Assembly (NCBI RefSeq): GCF_006345805.1 | Contig: NC_043007.1 | Span: 71,920,001 to 71,984,000, forward strand | Source: Octopus sinensis | Taxonomy: Eukaryota | Direction: 5' to 3' | Length of the DNA: 64,000 nt | Shown here: positions 26,355 to 39,504 of the stretch, in pieces | Position numbering within the stretch: the first letter of the stretch is position 1 | Layout: every line of letters begins with the position of its first letter | Translations under genes and position numbers: made by a program | Notes under the pieces: model-generated | Database searches by the model: none | The model's input: only the letters and a program-made list of their open reading frames with translations | Told to the model about the DNA's origin: nothing

Positions 26355-26588
26355 CCTTTCTGCTATAAGCACAACTCTGTATTTCGTGGTGAGGGGGTCA
26401 GTCGATCACATCGACCCCAGTACTTAACTGGTACCTAATTTGTCGATCCCGAAGGATAAAAGGCAAAGTCGATATCGGCGGAATTTGAACTCAGGACATA
26501 AAGACGGACGAAATATCACTAAGAATTTTGTCCGGCGTGCTAACGATTCTGTCAGCTCGCTGCCTTAATAATAATAATGATAATAATG

Positions 26589-26664
<76 letters not shown>
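26190..26664. repeat. (AAT)n/(GAT)n microsatellites surrounding a family B SINE
   Basis: Seen directly in the sequence. Confidence 0.9.
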
Positions 26665-26665
<1 letters not shown>

Positions 26666-26869
26666 TCTTTCTACTATAGGCACAAGGCCTGAAATTTTGG
26701 GGGAGGGCCCAGTCGATTAGATCGACCCAGTGTGCAATTGGTACTTAATTTATTGACCCCCCAAAGGTAAAGTCGACCTCGGCGGAATTTGAATTCAGAA
26801 CGTAGCAACGAGCGAAATACCGCTAAGAATTTCGTCCAACGTGCTAACGATTCTGCCAGCTCGCCGTCT
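26665..26869 (-). mobile_element. SINE family B, tail type 2
   Basis: Ends ...AAAATTTCAGGCCTTGTGCCTATAGTAGAAAG(AAT/ATT)n on the minus strand. Confidence 0.85.
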
Positions 26870-26969
26870 TAATGATGATGATGATGATGATGATGATGAT
26901 AATTTCTTTTACTGGCTTCAAGGGCCTCAAGGGCATAGAGTTCAAGGGCCTCAAGGGCATAGAGGACAA

Positions 26970-28395
26970 TATCAAAGGACGAGATACAACACACAAAACA
27001 AGTGAGATTTACATCGATGAAAGGGAGACACAATATCCAGCGATATAACAAAGGATATATATATAGAAGTTAGAGAAATGATAATTAATAAATAGAATCC
27101 CCAAGAGCGGGGGAGTCCACATAGGATAATTCGAGTAATTCCCACGCAAAAGATCCAGGTTACTCTGCCATCCCCAAGGTATGGGAAAGTGCTCATTCTA
27201 GTTTCTTTCCTCCTATTTCTTTATTACCCACAAGGGGCTAAACACAGAGGGGACAAACAAGGACAGACATAGGTATTAAGTCGATTACATCAACCCCAGT
27301 GCGTAACTGGTATTTAATTTATCGACCCCGAAAGGATGAAACAAAGTCGACCTCGGCGGAATTTGAACTCACAACGTAACGGCAGACGAAATACGGCTAA
27401 GCATTTCGCCCGGCGTGCTAACGTTTCTGCCAGCTCTAGTTTCTTTCCTCCTACTCAGAGTAGATCCATTCAATCTCAGTCTTGTCACACTCATTCACCT
27501 TTTGATAAACACACTAGAAGGCAGCACCTTCCTCTTTACCTTCATCTCCCTCTTCAAATGATATTTGAAGAAACTGGTGAGGGCTTAGCCCGATAGGAAA
27601 ATACCTGTCTTCAAACCTTTCAAACGGGTCCACCAGACATCTTCTCTTGCCACAGTCACTAAGTAGAGAAAGACCTGTCTTTCTCTCCAAAAGGAAGGTG
27701 GTGCGTCGATCTTCACTATACGCTCAGCGGACAGCTGGATTCATCTTACACAAGGCAGCGACTGCTCAACAAAAACCCACAAGTCTCTAATGCACTGACA
27801 TTGAACGATTGCATGCAGGACGGTTTCGTCCCTCTGCATGCTCCTCGGGCAAGTTCGGCTGACGGTACTTCAATAGCTGAAGAAATTGTCTCGAACTGGC
27901 AATGCCCCACTGTAGCGCTGCTATACCAAAGACTTTTGGAAATTGTCCACGATCTTCGACCCGAAAGTCCTCCGGGAGAGACCACTCAAACTGTTCTCGT
28001 AGATGCTCAGAGTCAGTCCTAGGTCACTCTCAACTAGTCCCCTATAGAAATCTTGGGTTGTTTTCCCGCTAACGGTCTTGTCCTGCTGGTACAATGCAGT
28101 GAACGCCTGGCAATATTTTAGATGCCAAAAGTCCAATCTTGGTCTACGTTTGACCCATGCCTGCAGTTCGGTCAATGAAGTGAGCTGCAGTAAGACGTGT
28201 CGCACGAAGGATGCCCACATCAGTTCTTCCTTGTTTTCGTCGCCGTCGCTCACACCATCGCAGTGACTTAGATATTTCTGCAGGTGCTTCAGCCTCAAAG
28301 CATCGCGCCGCATCATCAAGAATGGCATTCTAAGACCAGCACGGAGTGGGTGTTGACAACAGATGGATTTTCTGACAAGCAAAACCTGGCCCTTC
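26970..28395 (-). mobile_element. Tx1/L1-clade LINE ORF2 3' fragment, decayed, interrupted by a SINE
   Basis: Minus-strand translation ..FQKSLV*QRYSGALPVRD..TCPRSMQRDETVLHAIVQC..DLWVFVE matches the zf-RVT/CCHC C-terminus of L1/Tx1 ORF2; contains stops and frameshifts. Confidence 0.65.
27216..27436 (-). mobile_element. SINE family B nested in the Tx1-like LINE
   Basis: Flanking direct repeat TCTAGTTTCTTTCCTCCTA at 27197-27215 and 27435-27453. Confidence 0.9.
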
Positions 28396-28432
28396 CATAA
28401 GAATCGTATAGTGAATAATAATAATAATAATA

Positions 28433-28479
<47 letters not shown>

Positions 28480-28485
<6 letters not shown>

Positions 28486-29110
28486 CATATTATCTCTGGC
28501 TGCCCAGTCCTGGCTAAGAAGGAATATATTCACAGACACGACAGAGTTGGGACCTACTGGAAGCTATGCCAACATTATGGAATAACAACAGAAAAAAGAT
28601 GGTATAGGCACACGCCAGAAAAGGTCACAGAGAATGAGCAAGCAACCACAATCTGGGTTATGCCAATACACATAGATAGAGAAATTAAGGCCAATAGGCC
28701 GGATGTAGTTGTCAGAGATCACCAAGAAAAAAATGCTTTCTAATCGATGTATCAATACCAACAGATGATAATGTTTCTCTAAAAGATACGGAGAAACTTT
28801 CAAAATACAAAGATCTGGAAATAGAGGTAACTCGAATGTGGAGTCTAAAAACAGAAACAATTCCTATCGTAGTAGGTGCATTAGGTTTGATAAAAAATAT
28901 TTATACAAATACATAACAAAAATACCAGGACTAACAAGTATATATAACATACAGAAAATAGCACTACTAGGCACCGCACACATCCTACTTTCAATACGTA
29001 AAAATAAGAGCATCACAACAAACCACAGCATACACCCAAGGCACACATAGCTGCGCTCGGTAGTGCAGTGAAAGCACATGATAAAAATAAGACCACTGAA
29101 TAATAGTAAT
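28480..29110 (+). mobile_element. R4/Dong-like non-LTR retrotransposon 3' fragment (RLE domain)
   Basis: NHIISGCPVL..EYIHRHDRV, ANRPDVVV, then after a frameshift LIDVSIP..EKLSKYKDL..IPIVVGALG..QKIALLGTAHIL: end of the CCHC knuckle plus the restriction-like endonuclease. Bounded by AAT repeats on both sides. Confidence 0.85.
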
Positions 29111-29900
29111 TCTTTCGAATTTAGATACAAGACCAGAAATGTTAGAAGAAGCTGATAAGCCAATTACATCGACCTCGGTACTAGACTGATACTTTATTTC
29201 ATCAATCCCAGGAGGGTGAAAAACAAAGTTGACCATGGCGGAATTTGAACACTGAACATAAAGAACCGGAGAAAACACCGAGAAGCACTGTTTGCCAAAG
29301 TTCAAACGATCTACCAGTTCATAGAATGATTTCTAATTTAAGCACATAATAAGCCATTTTGAGGGGAAAAGCCAATCAATACCATCGACTCCAGTGTTTA
29401 GATGGTATTTTATTTGATCGAACCCGAAAGGGTGAAAGACAAAAAATGACCTCTGCAAAATATAAACTTGGGTAAAATGGTAATATACAACATACAATAT
29501 ATATATTGGGCAAGTTTCTTCTACTATAGGCTCGGGCCGACCAAAGTCTTGTGACTGGAATTGGTAGACGGAAACTGAAAGAAGTCCGCGTATATCACAC
29601 ACACACACACACACAGAGGCATACACACGCATACACATATATAAATACGTATGTGTTTGTCCTCCACCATTGCTTGACAGCCGGTGTTGGTGTATTGACG
29701 TCCCGTAACTTAACGGTTCGGCAAAAGAGCGATTATATCGAGGCTCCTTCATTGACTCATGCGTAGTACTCATCAGCTTAAAAAAGAAAATAAGTACTGG
29801 GCGGGGGAGGGCGATTCATTCGACTAAAAATTCTTGAAGGCGATGCCCCAGCATGGCCGCAGTTTGATGACTGAAACAAGTAAAATACACACACATACAT

Positions 29901-30356
29901 GGCGAGAATAGAAGGAGGCCGAGGGTCACTCACTTAAATAGACATAGTAAACTTGTCGAACTAGAGAAGTAGGTTAAGAAAAGAGAGAAGAAACTTGTAT
30001 ATGTACAGCCAGAAAGATCAAGAGTGAATGAATAGTACATAGAAGTAGATAAGAATAACAGAGAAAATATAAAGGAGGAAAGGAAAGGTGTTAGGTGGTG
30101 ATTCTGTGAGAGTGTGAGGACATTTAGCAGAAGAACAACGGATTTGATTGAAAGATGGAACAGAAACTCTAGCCATGGATGCGAAAGAACAAACTTGTTA
30201 AAACAAAAACTGACAGCCAGATAGTATCAGATGTGGCAAAGTAGACGAAACTGTCAATCATAAAGTTGTGTGTGAATGAAACAAGATGACAGAGAAAGAC
30301 TAAAAAGAAGAAGAAAAAAAATCAGTGCAAAAAAATAATAGTAATAAATATAATAA
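29901..30356 (+). mobile_element. Degenerate R4-like fragment (post-RT region and CCHC knuckle)
   Basis: ARIEGGRG (LY..R..GGRGL-type motif) and CGKVDETVNH..CE remnants; ends in AAT repeats. Confidence 0.45.
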
Positions 30357-30614
30357 ATTCACTGTAGGTGAAAAATGGTACCATCACCAGTTGGTATAGA
30401 CTATTTTGTTATTTAGCCCTGAGTAAGTCCTGATCGAGTAGAGCAGTGTTTCTCAACCGTATTTTACCTATGGCCCCATTTGATTCCTCGGATGGATCCT
30501 CACAGCTATTCCATCTTTAAAAAATCCTATTGTATTTTTTAGAAAATTATATATTATTAGGAACTTTGTAAGAAATTATAAAATGTTTTCTGTGTTGTAG
30601 AAGTATATGCTCAC

Positions 30615-30870
30615 GAGCATATGGCGTAGTGGTTAAGAGCGCAGGCTACTAACCCCAAGATTCCGAGTTCGATTCCAAGCAGTGACCTGAACAATAACAA
30701 TAATAATAATAGTAACATCGAAAAATACCTTAGGAATGAGAACCCAGGTTCGAAATTTCCTCAAGACACCTGAAGAAGGCTGAGGGTATATCAGCCGAAA
30801 CGTTGTGTTAACAACAAACAAAACGAAGACAAATATCCGTCGAATGTAAATAATGTAAATAATGTATAAT
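30615..30870 (+). mobile_element. tRNA-headed SINE-like element with a 3' hammerhead-like motif and (AATGTAAAT)n tail
   Basis: A box TGGCGTAGTGG, anticodon-like loop CT-ACT-AA, B box GAGTTCGATTCC; 3' part GACAC-CTGAAGA-A-GGCTGA..TCAGCC-GAAACGT-T-GTGTT. Sits inside a hAT MITE; the same 3' tail occurs at ~55436-55492 (-). Confidence 0.7.
30765..30809 (+). ncRNA. Minimal type I hammerhead ribozyme-like motif (Penelope type)
   Basis: Core CUGAAGA/GAAA; stem I GACAC/GUGUU; stem II GGCUGA/UCAGCC after one extra A; loopless palindromic stem III ACGU; cleavage triplet GUU. Activity untested. Confidence 0.5.
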
Positions 30871-31280
30871 AAACTTATTGGACATAAATTTTAACAATAA
30901 AATCTTATATGGAACTCCAAGTGTTATATAGACCCAAGTTGAGATCCTCCAGAGCAGAGGTACAATCTTTGACGGTTTAACCGTGATTATTCTTGGATAT
31001 CAAGGAATACATCGTTGAATGTGTTAATGTTTTTTACTTAAGATAGTCGGAAGTATTTGAGGGAATTTTGCTGCTATTTCTAGCAGATTTTTCGACTATA
31101 TTGAGGTTCCTTCATTGACTCATACATAGTACTCACCATTATAAGTTATATGATCTTTCTCTGTAGAAACAAACTGCTGGCGTAATAAGAGCCCATAATA
31201 GAAATGATAACGACGAAGAATAAATTCATTGTATTTCGACAGGGTCTTTATTCCAATAATAAACACCTGAATTTGTGGTC

Positions 31281-31398
31281 ACCTGCATAGCTCAGTCGGT
31301 AGAGCATCAGACTTTCTAAGGTACATTAAAAAAAGTGATCTGGGGGTAACGGGTTCGAGTCCGTTCGAAAACGCAGCTTTTTTTTTTTTTTTTTTTTT
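31281..31398 (+). tRNA. Intron-containing tRNA-Lys(TTT)-like gene, probably a pseudogene, with oligo-T terminator
   Basis: ATAGCTCAGTCGGTAGAGCATCAGACT matches the eukaryotic tRNA-Lys(UUU) D-arm and anticodon stem; ~20-nt intron before A31338-TCTGG; B box GGTTCGAGTCC; T-run 31378-31398. The anticodon loop has an extra C and the acceptor stem does not pair canonically. Confidence 0.75.
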
Positions 31399-33272
31399 AA
31401 TTTTATCAGTGAGTCTCTTCATTATTAGTATAACGACCTTCTCGAGATACAACAAAATATGTTTCAATATACGAGTTCACATCAAGAATCTTTCAAACCA
31501 AATACAGAAAATGGTTAGGAATAAATAAATTTATAATTGTTTTTATTCCTTTCAGGCAAGGCTGTGTGTTAAGAAGATCGCTTCACAACCATTGGTTAAA
31601 AGTTCAATCCAACGGTGAGATATATTGCATTAAAGTTTTCGGAGTTTGGAGGAGGGTTGGACAGGAGGGCCATTCTTGTATTTGTTAGCTAACAAGCTAT
31701 TTGGTGATGTGGAATTTCTATTCTAGCAGAATTTAGCATCTGTGTACAGTTCAAAAAAGGCGACAAGATGGTAGAATTGTTGGAATGTTGGACGAAATGT
31801 TTAGCGTCATTTCTTCCGGCTCTTTATGTTTTGAATTGTAATCTCCATCCAAGGTCAGCTTTGCCTTCCATCCCTTTAAGATCGATGAAATGAAGCACCA
31901 GTCAAGTACTGGAGTCAATGTAATCGACTTGTACCTCACCACCTCAAAATTGCAAGCATTGAACCCTGCAACAGGTCGGCGCATTGTTCAGGGGAATGTT
32001 GTGATTTTGGTTACTTATACATCTTTGAAACTGGGTAGCCGGCCCTATAAATTCTAGGATTCGAAGAAATGAAAGCAACCATGGCCTGGTTTGCAGATCA
32101 TTCCATCAAACTGGCATTCTGTCGGTTGCGACGACGCGTGTTCCATTTGATCCGATCAACGGAACAGACTGTTCGTGAAATTAACTCCAGAGACACACGT
32201 ACTCTTAACGTAGTTCTCAAGGAGTTTCAGTGTGACAGAATGTGATAAGGCCGGTCCTTTGAAATTCAAGTACTAGTCATTATTGCCAGCTAAGTAACTG
32301 GGGCAACGTGAAATAAAGCGCTTTGCTTAAGGACAAAACGCGTCGCCGGTAATCGAAGTCACGACCTTAAGGTTGTGAGCGAGTACTCTAACCACTAAGC
32401 CACTCACCTCCACTTCATTCCATCAAAGAGGTTCCTTAATAACTCACATGACCTGAGAGTGTAGTTTAAAAGATGACTAACTTGCGTGCTAACATTCAAA
32501 CGGGGCTGAAGTTTGCTATCGTAACTATCTGAATATCGATCACCATGTCACATGATGAGAAATAATTTGCTCTCTGCCATGACTTATGTAGACAACCATC
32601 GCCGCCGATGGAGCTCCAAACAAGCACTGATTGACATTCCATATTAATTTAGACCAACTTGCTTCAGCGTACGTTTTGGATTCTTAGATATTCGTTTCAA
32701 AGTTTGGCACAAGATCAGCAATTTCGGGGGAGGGATAAGTCGATTACATCGACTCCGGGTGCTCAGCTGGTACTTAATTTATCGACTCCATAAGGATGAA
32801 AGGCAAAGCTGACCTCGGCGGAATTCGAACTCAAAACATAAAGACAGACGAAATGTCGCTTGGCGTTTTAACCTGCGTGCTAACGATTCTACCAGCTCAA
32901 CGCCTTATTTCGGTTCTTAGATATAATATTCTAACAAAATAGGATATGGAATTTTTAATGATTGGGTTGGGTCAGGTATGGTCGCATGCACTGTTACAGC
33001 GCGTTGCTATAGCCACCGCTTGTTGGTATTTGCTCGGGTCGTCCCGGGTAACCCTCCCAGCAGTGTTCTAATCAGTTGCCCACCTCAGCGTGGACAACAT
33101 AAATGTTAGCTTACATTAACAAAATATTGAGATTAGATCAACTGAAATCTCAATTTTAATATTCTAATTTTTTGAGAGGCACCTCCTTTATAAAACAAAT
33201 CATACCTTCTGTATATACGCATACATACATACATACATACATACATCACTCTCTCTCTCGCTCTCTCTCTCT

Positions 33273-33347
<75 letters not shown>

Positions 33348-36300
33348 GAAGACACACGCGCCTGTTTACGAAAGCATTTACGAAATTCCACAGTGTAATA
33401 AAAATATTTCAACTATGTTGCAAAGAATGAAAATTACTTTTTCAGAATTGAAAGAACGACAAACGTTTTCTGAAAATATCTAAAATTGTATCCTAAACAA
33501 ACAAAATATTGGAAATATTTTAAATATGTAATAAGACATCTTACAAATGTAACATGGCTTTCGGAGATAGCTACAAGTTTATTGTGGCGCACATTTTCAC
33601 AAATCTTTACCAGCGATGATAGATAAGAGATACTTAAATATTCTTTTCTACTCTAGACGCAAGGCCCAAAATTTTTGGGGAGGGGACCAGTCGATTAGAT
33701 CGACCCCAGTACGCAACTGGTACTTAATTTATCGACCCCGAAAGGATGAAAGGCAAAGTCGACCTCGGCGGAATTTGAACTCAGAACATAAAGACAGACG
33801 AAACACCTATTTCTTTACTACCCACTAGGGGCTAAACACAGAGAGGACAAGCAAGGACAGACAAACGGATTAAGTCGATTATATCTACCCCAGTGCGTTA
33901 CTGGTACTTAATTTATCGACCCCGAAATTTTATGAATTACATACGGCAATGTCGCTCGAGTTTGTTATTAAACCACGCAGACGATGAAGACGAAGTTTAC
34001 GGCTATGACGACAAAGACGAGGAGATTTAACGGACTAAGTTAATCTCATATATTTACAAGAATTCGAATTTTACAATATAACATTGCAATTTAAAAGTAG
34101 ATTTAGTAGCATTTCATATTGAAACACTTAAATATACATATTGCAATCTTTTATAAATTAAATTTCATTTAGCACTGAGTGAATGTTATATATTTATGCG
34201 ATTGTAAAATTATAATAAAGAATTAATCTTGTTTTTTAAATGATCTCACCAGAATCTTTCTATGTGTTTCCCCAACGAAACTGTTAAATTACAAACAGTC
34301 TTAGCAAACTGATATTTTAATCATTTTTCTCAGTCGCAGAAACGTTAGCACGCCGGGCAAAATGCTTTGCAGTATTTCGTCCGCCGTTACATTCTGAGTT
34401 CAAATTCCGCCGAGGTCGATTTTGCCTTTCATCCCTTCGAAGCCGATAAATTAAGTACCAGTTGCATTCTGAGGCCGATCTAATCGACTGGCCCCATCCC
34501 TCAAAATTTCGGGCCATGTGCCTAGAGTAGAAAAGGATTTGTTTTGGTGCTGCATCTATTTCTTCAATTTCTCCAGAGGCTCGCAATAAATATATACAAA
34601 TCTACCCGCCCTAATCATTAAAGCCTTTGATTTAATAAATACCCCCGTCTCAATACAAAAAAACTTCCTTTTAAAGTTGTATATTTGAAGGAGGCTGAAG
34701 ATTTCGTCGCCGTACACCATCAACCATAATGCACATCAAATATTTCTGGATCTTTTTATGATACAATGATCTGTTATTTCTTTTATGTTATGTTCTTTTT
34801 TTCTTTGAAATTTTCAAGCATATTTGATTATTTTCAATTCATTCGGAATTATTTTGTTTAAGCACATATAACATAAAAAAGAAAATCAGTCGAAATCTAG
34901 CAGTTATCCAGTTTTTTTCCGCCGAGCAAAATCACATCTTGTTTTGGAGAGGTTGGATGCTTGAAATGATAGATTAATCCTCATAGGATTTGAACTTAAA
35001 AAATGGAGTTACCGAATAACGAATCATGTTATGATTTAGAAAATTCACCATTGAGCCACTTCCTGTGTTTAAATTTAGAAAGTTCCATCGGATAGAATTT
35101 ATCATCCATTTTGCTTTATGATTATTTAAAAAATAATCTCACTTGTAGGCAATGCTTTGTAGTTATGATTTCTTATAGTTTTTCAAGCACAAATACCTTA
35201 CGGTTTCATATTTGAATTCAAATAGATCTAAGAATCATTTGGTACTGGATACCTATGTTGTGGACAGTGAAATTCAGGAGGATCATGCGGAGCGTTTGCC
35301 GAAAACCATCCTACAGAGACCAAATTTTCAAATTTAACAAATCCTTCAACATCAAAAAAAAAACAAAAAAACAAAAAGTAACCAAGAAACTCGCCACTGA
35401 TTTCATATTTACAGCGGTTTTTGAGCGTGTTGGCAGGTTATTACAACAGGAAGATTCTGAAATGACATCGCAGGGGAGGGTGTAACAGGCTAAATGTAAA
35501 GACATTGTATATTGGCAGCAAGCAGAAATGCACACTGCCTTCAATCTTCTACATCCAATCCTTTGCTATTTCCATTGACAGTGAAATTAGAAATAGGCAA
35601 TAACGAAGCCTGAAGACAGAAATTTGCTGATATTTGTTTGATAAAATCTCTCCAAATCTTCAGCTTCTTTACTGTAAGAGAGGTAGTGTGTTTTTAAGTT
35701 GGTACTGTGGTAGTGTTTCTGCTGTGTAGTAAACGAGCCCAGCACAAAGTGGAATGATTTTCCTGTTGAATAAGATAGAGTCTAAACTGTTCCTTGTGAT
35801 GGATTGCATTTGTCGGAGATATTTCTTTTAGTTGGTCTATTTACTGAGTCTTCCTCCGGCAATACACATAAACCATACCAATAACTGGACAAGGGAATAC
35901 CGGGAAAATAGACTGTAAATGAACTATCAAATCCTACTAACGTGATTCTTTCGGACAACTTATTCTATCTTTGATGTATTGCTATTTTATCTATGTGTAC
36001 AGCGATGTTTGTGAAGACTATTATTCTGGGTTTTTTTTTTATACTGTTGCAGTTTAGTAAACTTACAGAGAAACTCAGTATTAAACCACAAAAAAACAAA
36101 TGATTTTATACAATACTGAGAAAGGATAGAGTTGACTGAATCAGCCCTGTTGTATCATTGGTACTATATCAACGTGGAAAGTGGAAAGGCAAGCCAACAC
36201 CGTAATTTGAGCTCAGAGCGTCAAGATATATAAGTAAATACCACCAGGCATTTAGACCCCGCAGTCTGCTGTTTTTGCCAATCTGATGGTGGATTTGCAA

Positions 36301-36915
36301 AATTATGAGAGCATCAAACAAAACGCTTTGCTATATTTGTTCCAGTACTTTACACCGAGTTCAAAGTAAGTACCAGTTGAGCACTGGGATCGATTAAGCC
36401 ACCCTACCCCCAATTTCAGACTTTGTGCCTTTAGTAGAAAAGATGATGATGATCATCATTTAAGAGCATAGTATTTGATTGTAGGAACAGTGACATGCCT
36501 TGCGGGCGTGGTTTTGGCGCTTTGGCCCTGCCATCATCCATTTGGAGTTTATAAAATACATGCCTATCAAATACTGGAATTCATCCAATGGTCTATATCT
36601 TTCCTTAAAAAAGTACTGAAAAGAGGGGTTTGATTTACTCGCTTTTCCCTCCTCAAAGTTCGTGACCTTCTCCATATTTATTATCCCTCTGTTTCTGTTT
36701 ATAACTGTTATATCAATATTTGTTGATATTGTCAACTACGCTTATCATTACTGCTGTTAATTATAAACTCATTTTTTTTTTTCGCATGTACGTCTCCTTG
36801 TAATTTAAGGCTTGGCTGTGAAGTAAAACGTTTCCTTCTCAACCACATGGCCTCCGGTCGACCAAAACATTGTGAGTGGATTTGGTAGACAAAAACTGAA
36901 AGTAGCCCACTGAAT

Positions 36916-36954
<39 letters not shown>

Positions 36955-39504
36955 TGTGTGTGTGTGTGTGTGTGCGTGCGAATTTTTTGGGGAGGGGGCG
37001 AGTCGATTAGATCGACCCCAGTACGCAACTGGTACTTAATTTATCGACCTCGAAAGGATGAAAGGCAAAGTCGACCTCGGCAGAATTTGAACTCAGAACA
37101 TAAAGACAGACGAAATACTGCTAAGTATTTCGCCCGGCGTGCTAACGTTTCTGCCAGCTCGCCGCCTTAAAACGTAAGAGATATTGCAAGGCATCTCGCC
37201 CAACGCTCACACAATTCATCGATCCAGACAAGAACTTTGGTTCCTGTCGACAGCGAGATGAAATATCGACTTCGGCCGAGTTTAAACTCGGAACAAGGGG
37301 AGCCGGAACCAATACAGTAAAGTATTCTATCCGATTCAGTCAATTCGCTGGACTCTTTTATTTCTGTATCTATAAGCAGTCTTAGAGGGTTGGCAATTTA
37401 ATATAAACGAAATAAAATCCAAAGAAGGAAAGAAAAACCCATTTCAACTTACCTTTTTTTTCAATCAACGACTGTTATTTAGTTTTGCTAAAATAGTTGC
37501 TAAAAACCTTTCTATTATATCTTCTCTTCCGGTCGGAGAATGAATGAAAATAGCTCTTACAAGGAGTTGTCTACAGCTAGAATAACTGTCAACTGATTCA
37601 AGTGTCAACCCAACCAAATTGTTTAGGTCTATGGTTTTTAGGGCAGGAGCAAACCTTTCTTTCTTTCGAAATGTGTAGGATGCGGAATTTCCGACATTTG
37701 AAGAATAAATTATACAGATTCGTCAAAAAATAATTTCAGGACTTACAACCATGACAAATACTTGCATGCGCAACCTGATCATTAAAAACGAAGATTAAAT
37801 CCTTCGTATTTTATAACGAAACCTACAACAATGATTTACTGTGTGATTATAAGATGCACGAGTGTTTAAAAACAACCTATTCTTATTTTGTGAATTTGGT
37901 TGTATAAACGACAGGCGGGGAATGCTGACGTGAAATTGGAGTAAGAAACCTCCAGCACTGAATGTCTTTCAAACAGCTCTGCTATTGAGGAACAAACAAA
38001 AGGCGAAACCTGCTGAGACTCTTCCATAAAATAATGATTGTTGTTCTTCGCCTTTGTTTAGGCCAGAGGGAAAGGTGGACGGTGGACGGTGGACAAGCGT
38101 AGGGGGAGGGGTGCGGGCTCATAGAGTATTTGATTTTTACCAAGATATAATATAGAGGCATGGTTTAGTTGGTTACTTTATAAATATAATTATAATTTCA
38201 CGAATCGCTTTAAAAGGTGAAAACAACGATGAAAAAACAAGTTTCACACTTCGAATAAATCGGGTCCCTCTCTGTTCACTTGTTCATAATATACACATAT
38301 TCATATGAATCTTCTATATAGCAAATACATATATACATTTGTATGAACTCTTTGTATGTCCAATACATATATACATTTGTATGAACTCTTTGTATGTCCA
38401 ATACATATACATACTACTAAGAATCCTTTATATACCTAATATATATACATATTAATATGGATCTTTTAACTACCATATACTCGATAAGATTGAATAAAAC
38501 GAAGTGGATAAAAAAAGAAATCAGCTTTGATTGAAATACTGAAGCCGAGGTCGGAGATATTTTGATAGCAACACAAGAGAAAGTTTTCACCTTAGAACTA
38601 CACTAATATGTAATAATGAAGTAGAATGCAAAAATAGTAAAACCAAACTACGTAGAGGCAACCAAGAAGAAATGCATTGCTTCTAGGTGCCTGGTTTTAA
38701 CTGAAACAGAATATATAAACAGTCATGATAGAGTTAAGGGCTTCATATGCAGGAAATAATTCTGGATGGAAGCACTCCGTCGGTTACGACGATGAGTGTT
38801 CCGGTTGATCCGACCAACGGAACAGCCTGGTCGTGAAATTAACGTGTAAGTGGCTGAGCACTCCACAGACACGTGTACCTTTAACGTAGTTCTCGGGGAT
38901 ATTTAGCGTGACACAGAGAGTGACAAGGTACAACAGAAACAGGAAGAAAGAGTGAGAGAAAGTTGTGGTGAAAGAGTACAGCAGGGATCACCACCATCCC
39001 ATGCCGGAGCCTAGTGGAGCTTTAGGTGTTTTCGCTCAATAAACACTCACAACGCCCGGTCTGGGAATCGAAACCGCGGTCCTACGACCGCGAGTCCGCT
39101 GCCCTAACCACTAGGAAATAATTCTAGCAATATGGAAAATAGACAGAGGTGGCTCTTACAGAGGAAGAAAGGCAAGGACCATGATCTTTTTGCTGCACGC
39201 GTGGAACTTGCAATGGAGGAAGTGTGGAAGAAACCACAACCGTAAACCTCACATTGGATACTTGGTTCGAATGCTTGCGACAGAGTGGTCTACGTTGCAA
39301 GCACGCAAGAGCTGTGTGATGGTGTTAAATCAAGTGACGGACGAAGTTTAATATTCAAGAACTTTAAGAACCCATCGGACGGGCGATCACAAGGTTTCCG
39401 CTAACCCAATTCAACTCACAAGACTTGAGACCACAAAGCTATTTAGGAAGATACATACCAAAAGTGCAGCATTGATGAGAAAGTCAATATGTGAGGTATA
39501 GAGA

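Larger units (their letters stand above)
30444..30951. mobile_element. hAT-type MITE hosting the hammerhead-bearing SINE
   Basis: TIR CAGTGTTTCTCAAC / GTTGAGATCCTCCA; 8-bp TSD GAGTAGAG/GAGCAGAG. Confidence 0.65.

Noticed and set aside
38323-38410. 38-bp direct duplication
   Set aside because: A simple local slippage duplication with no further structure.
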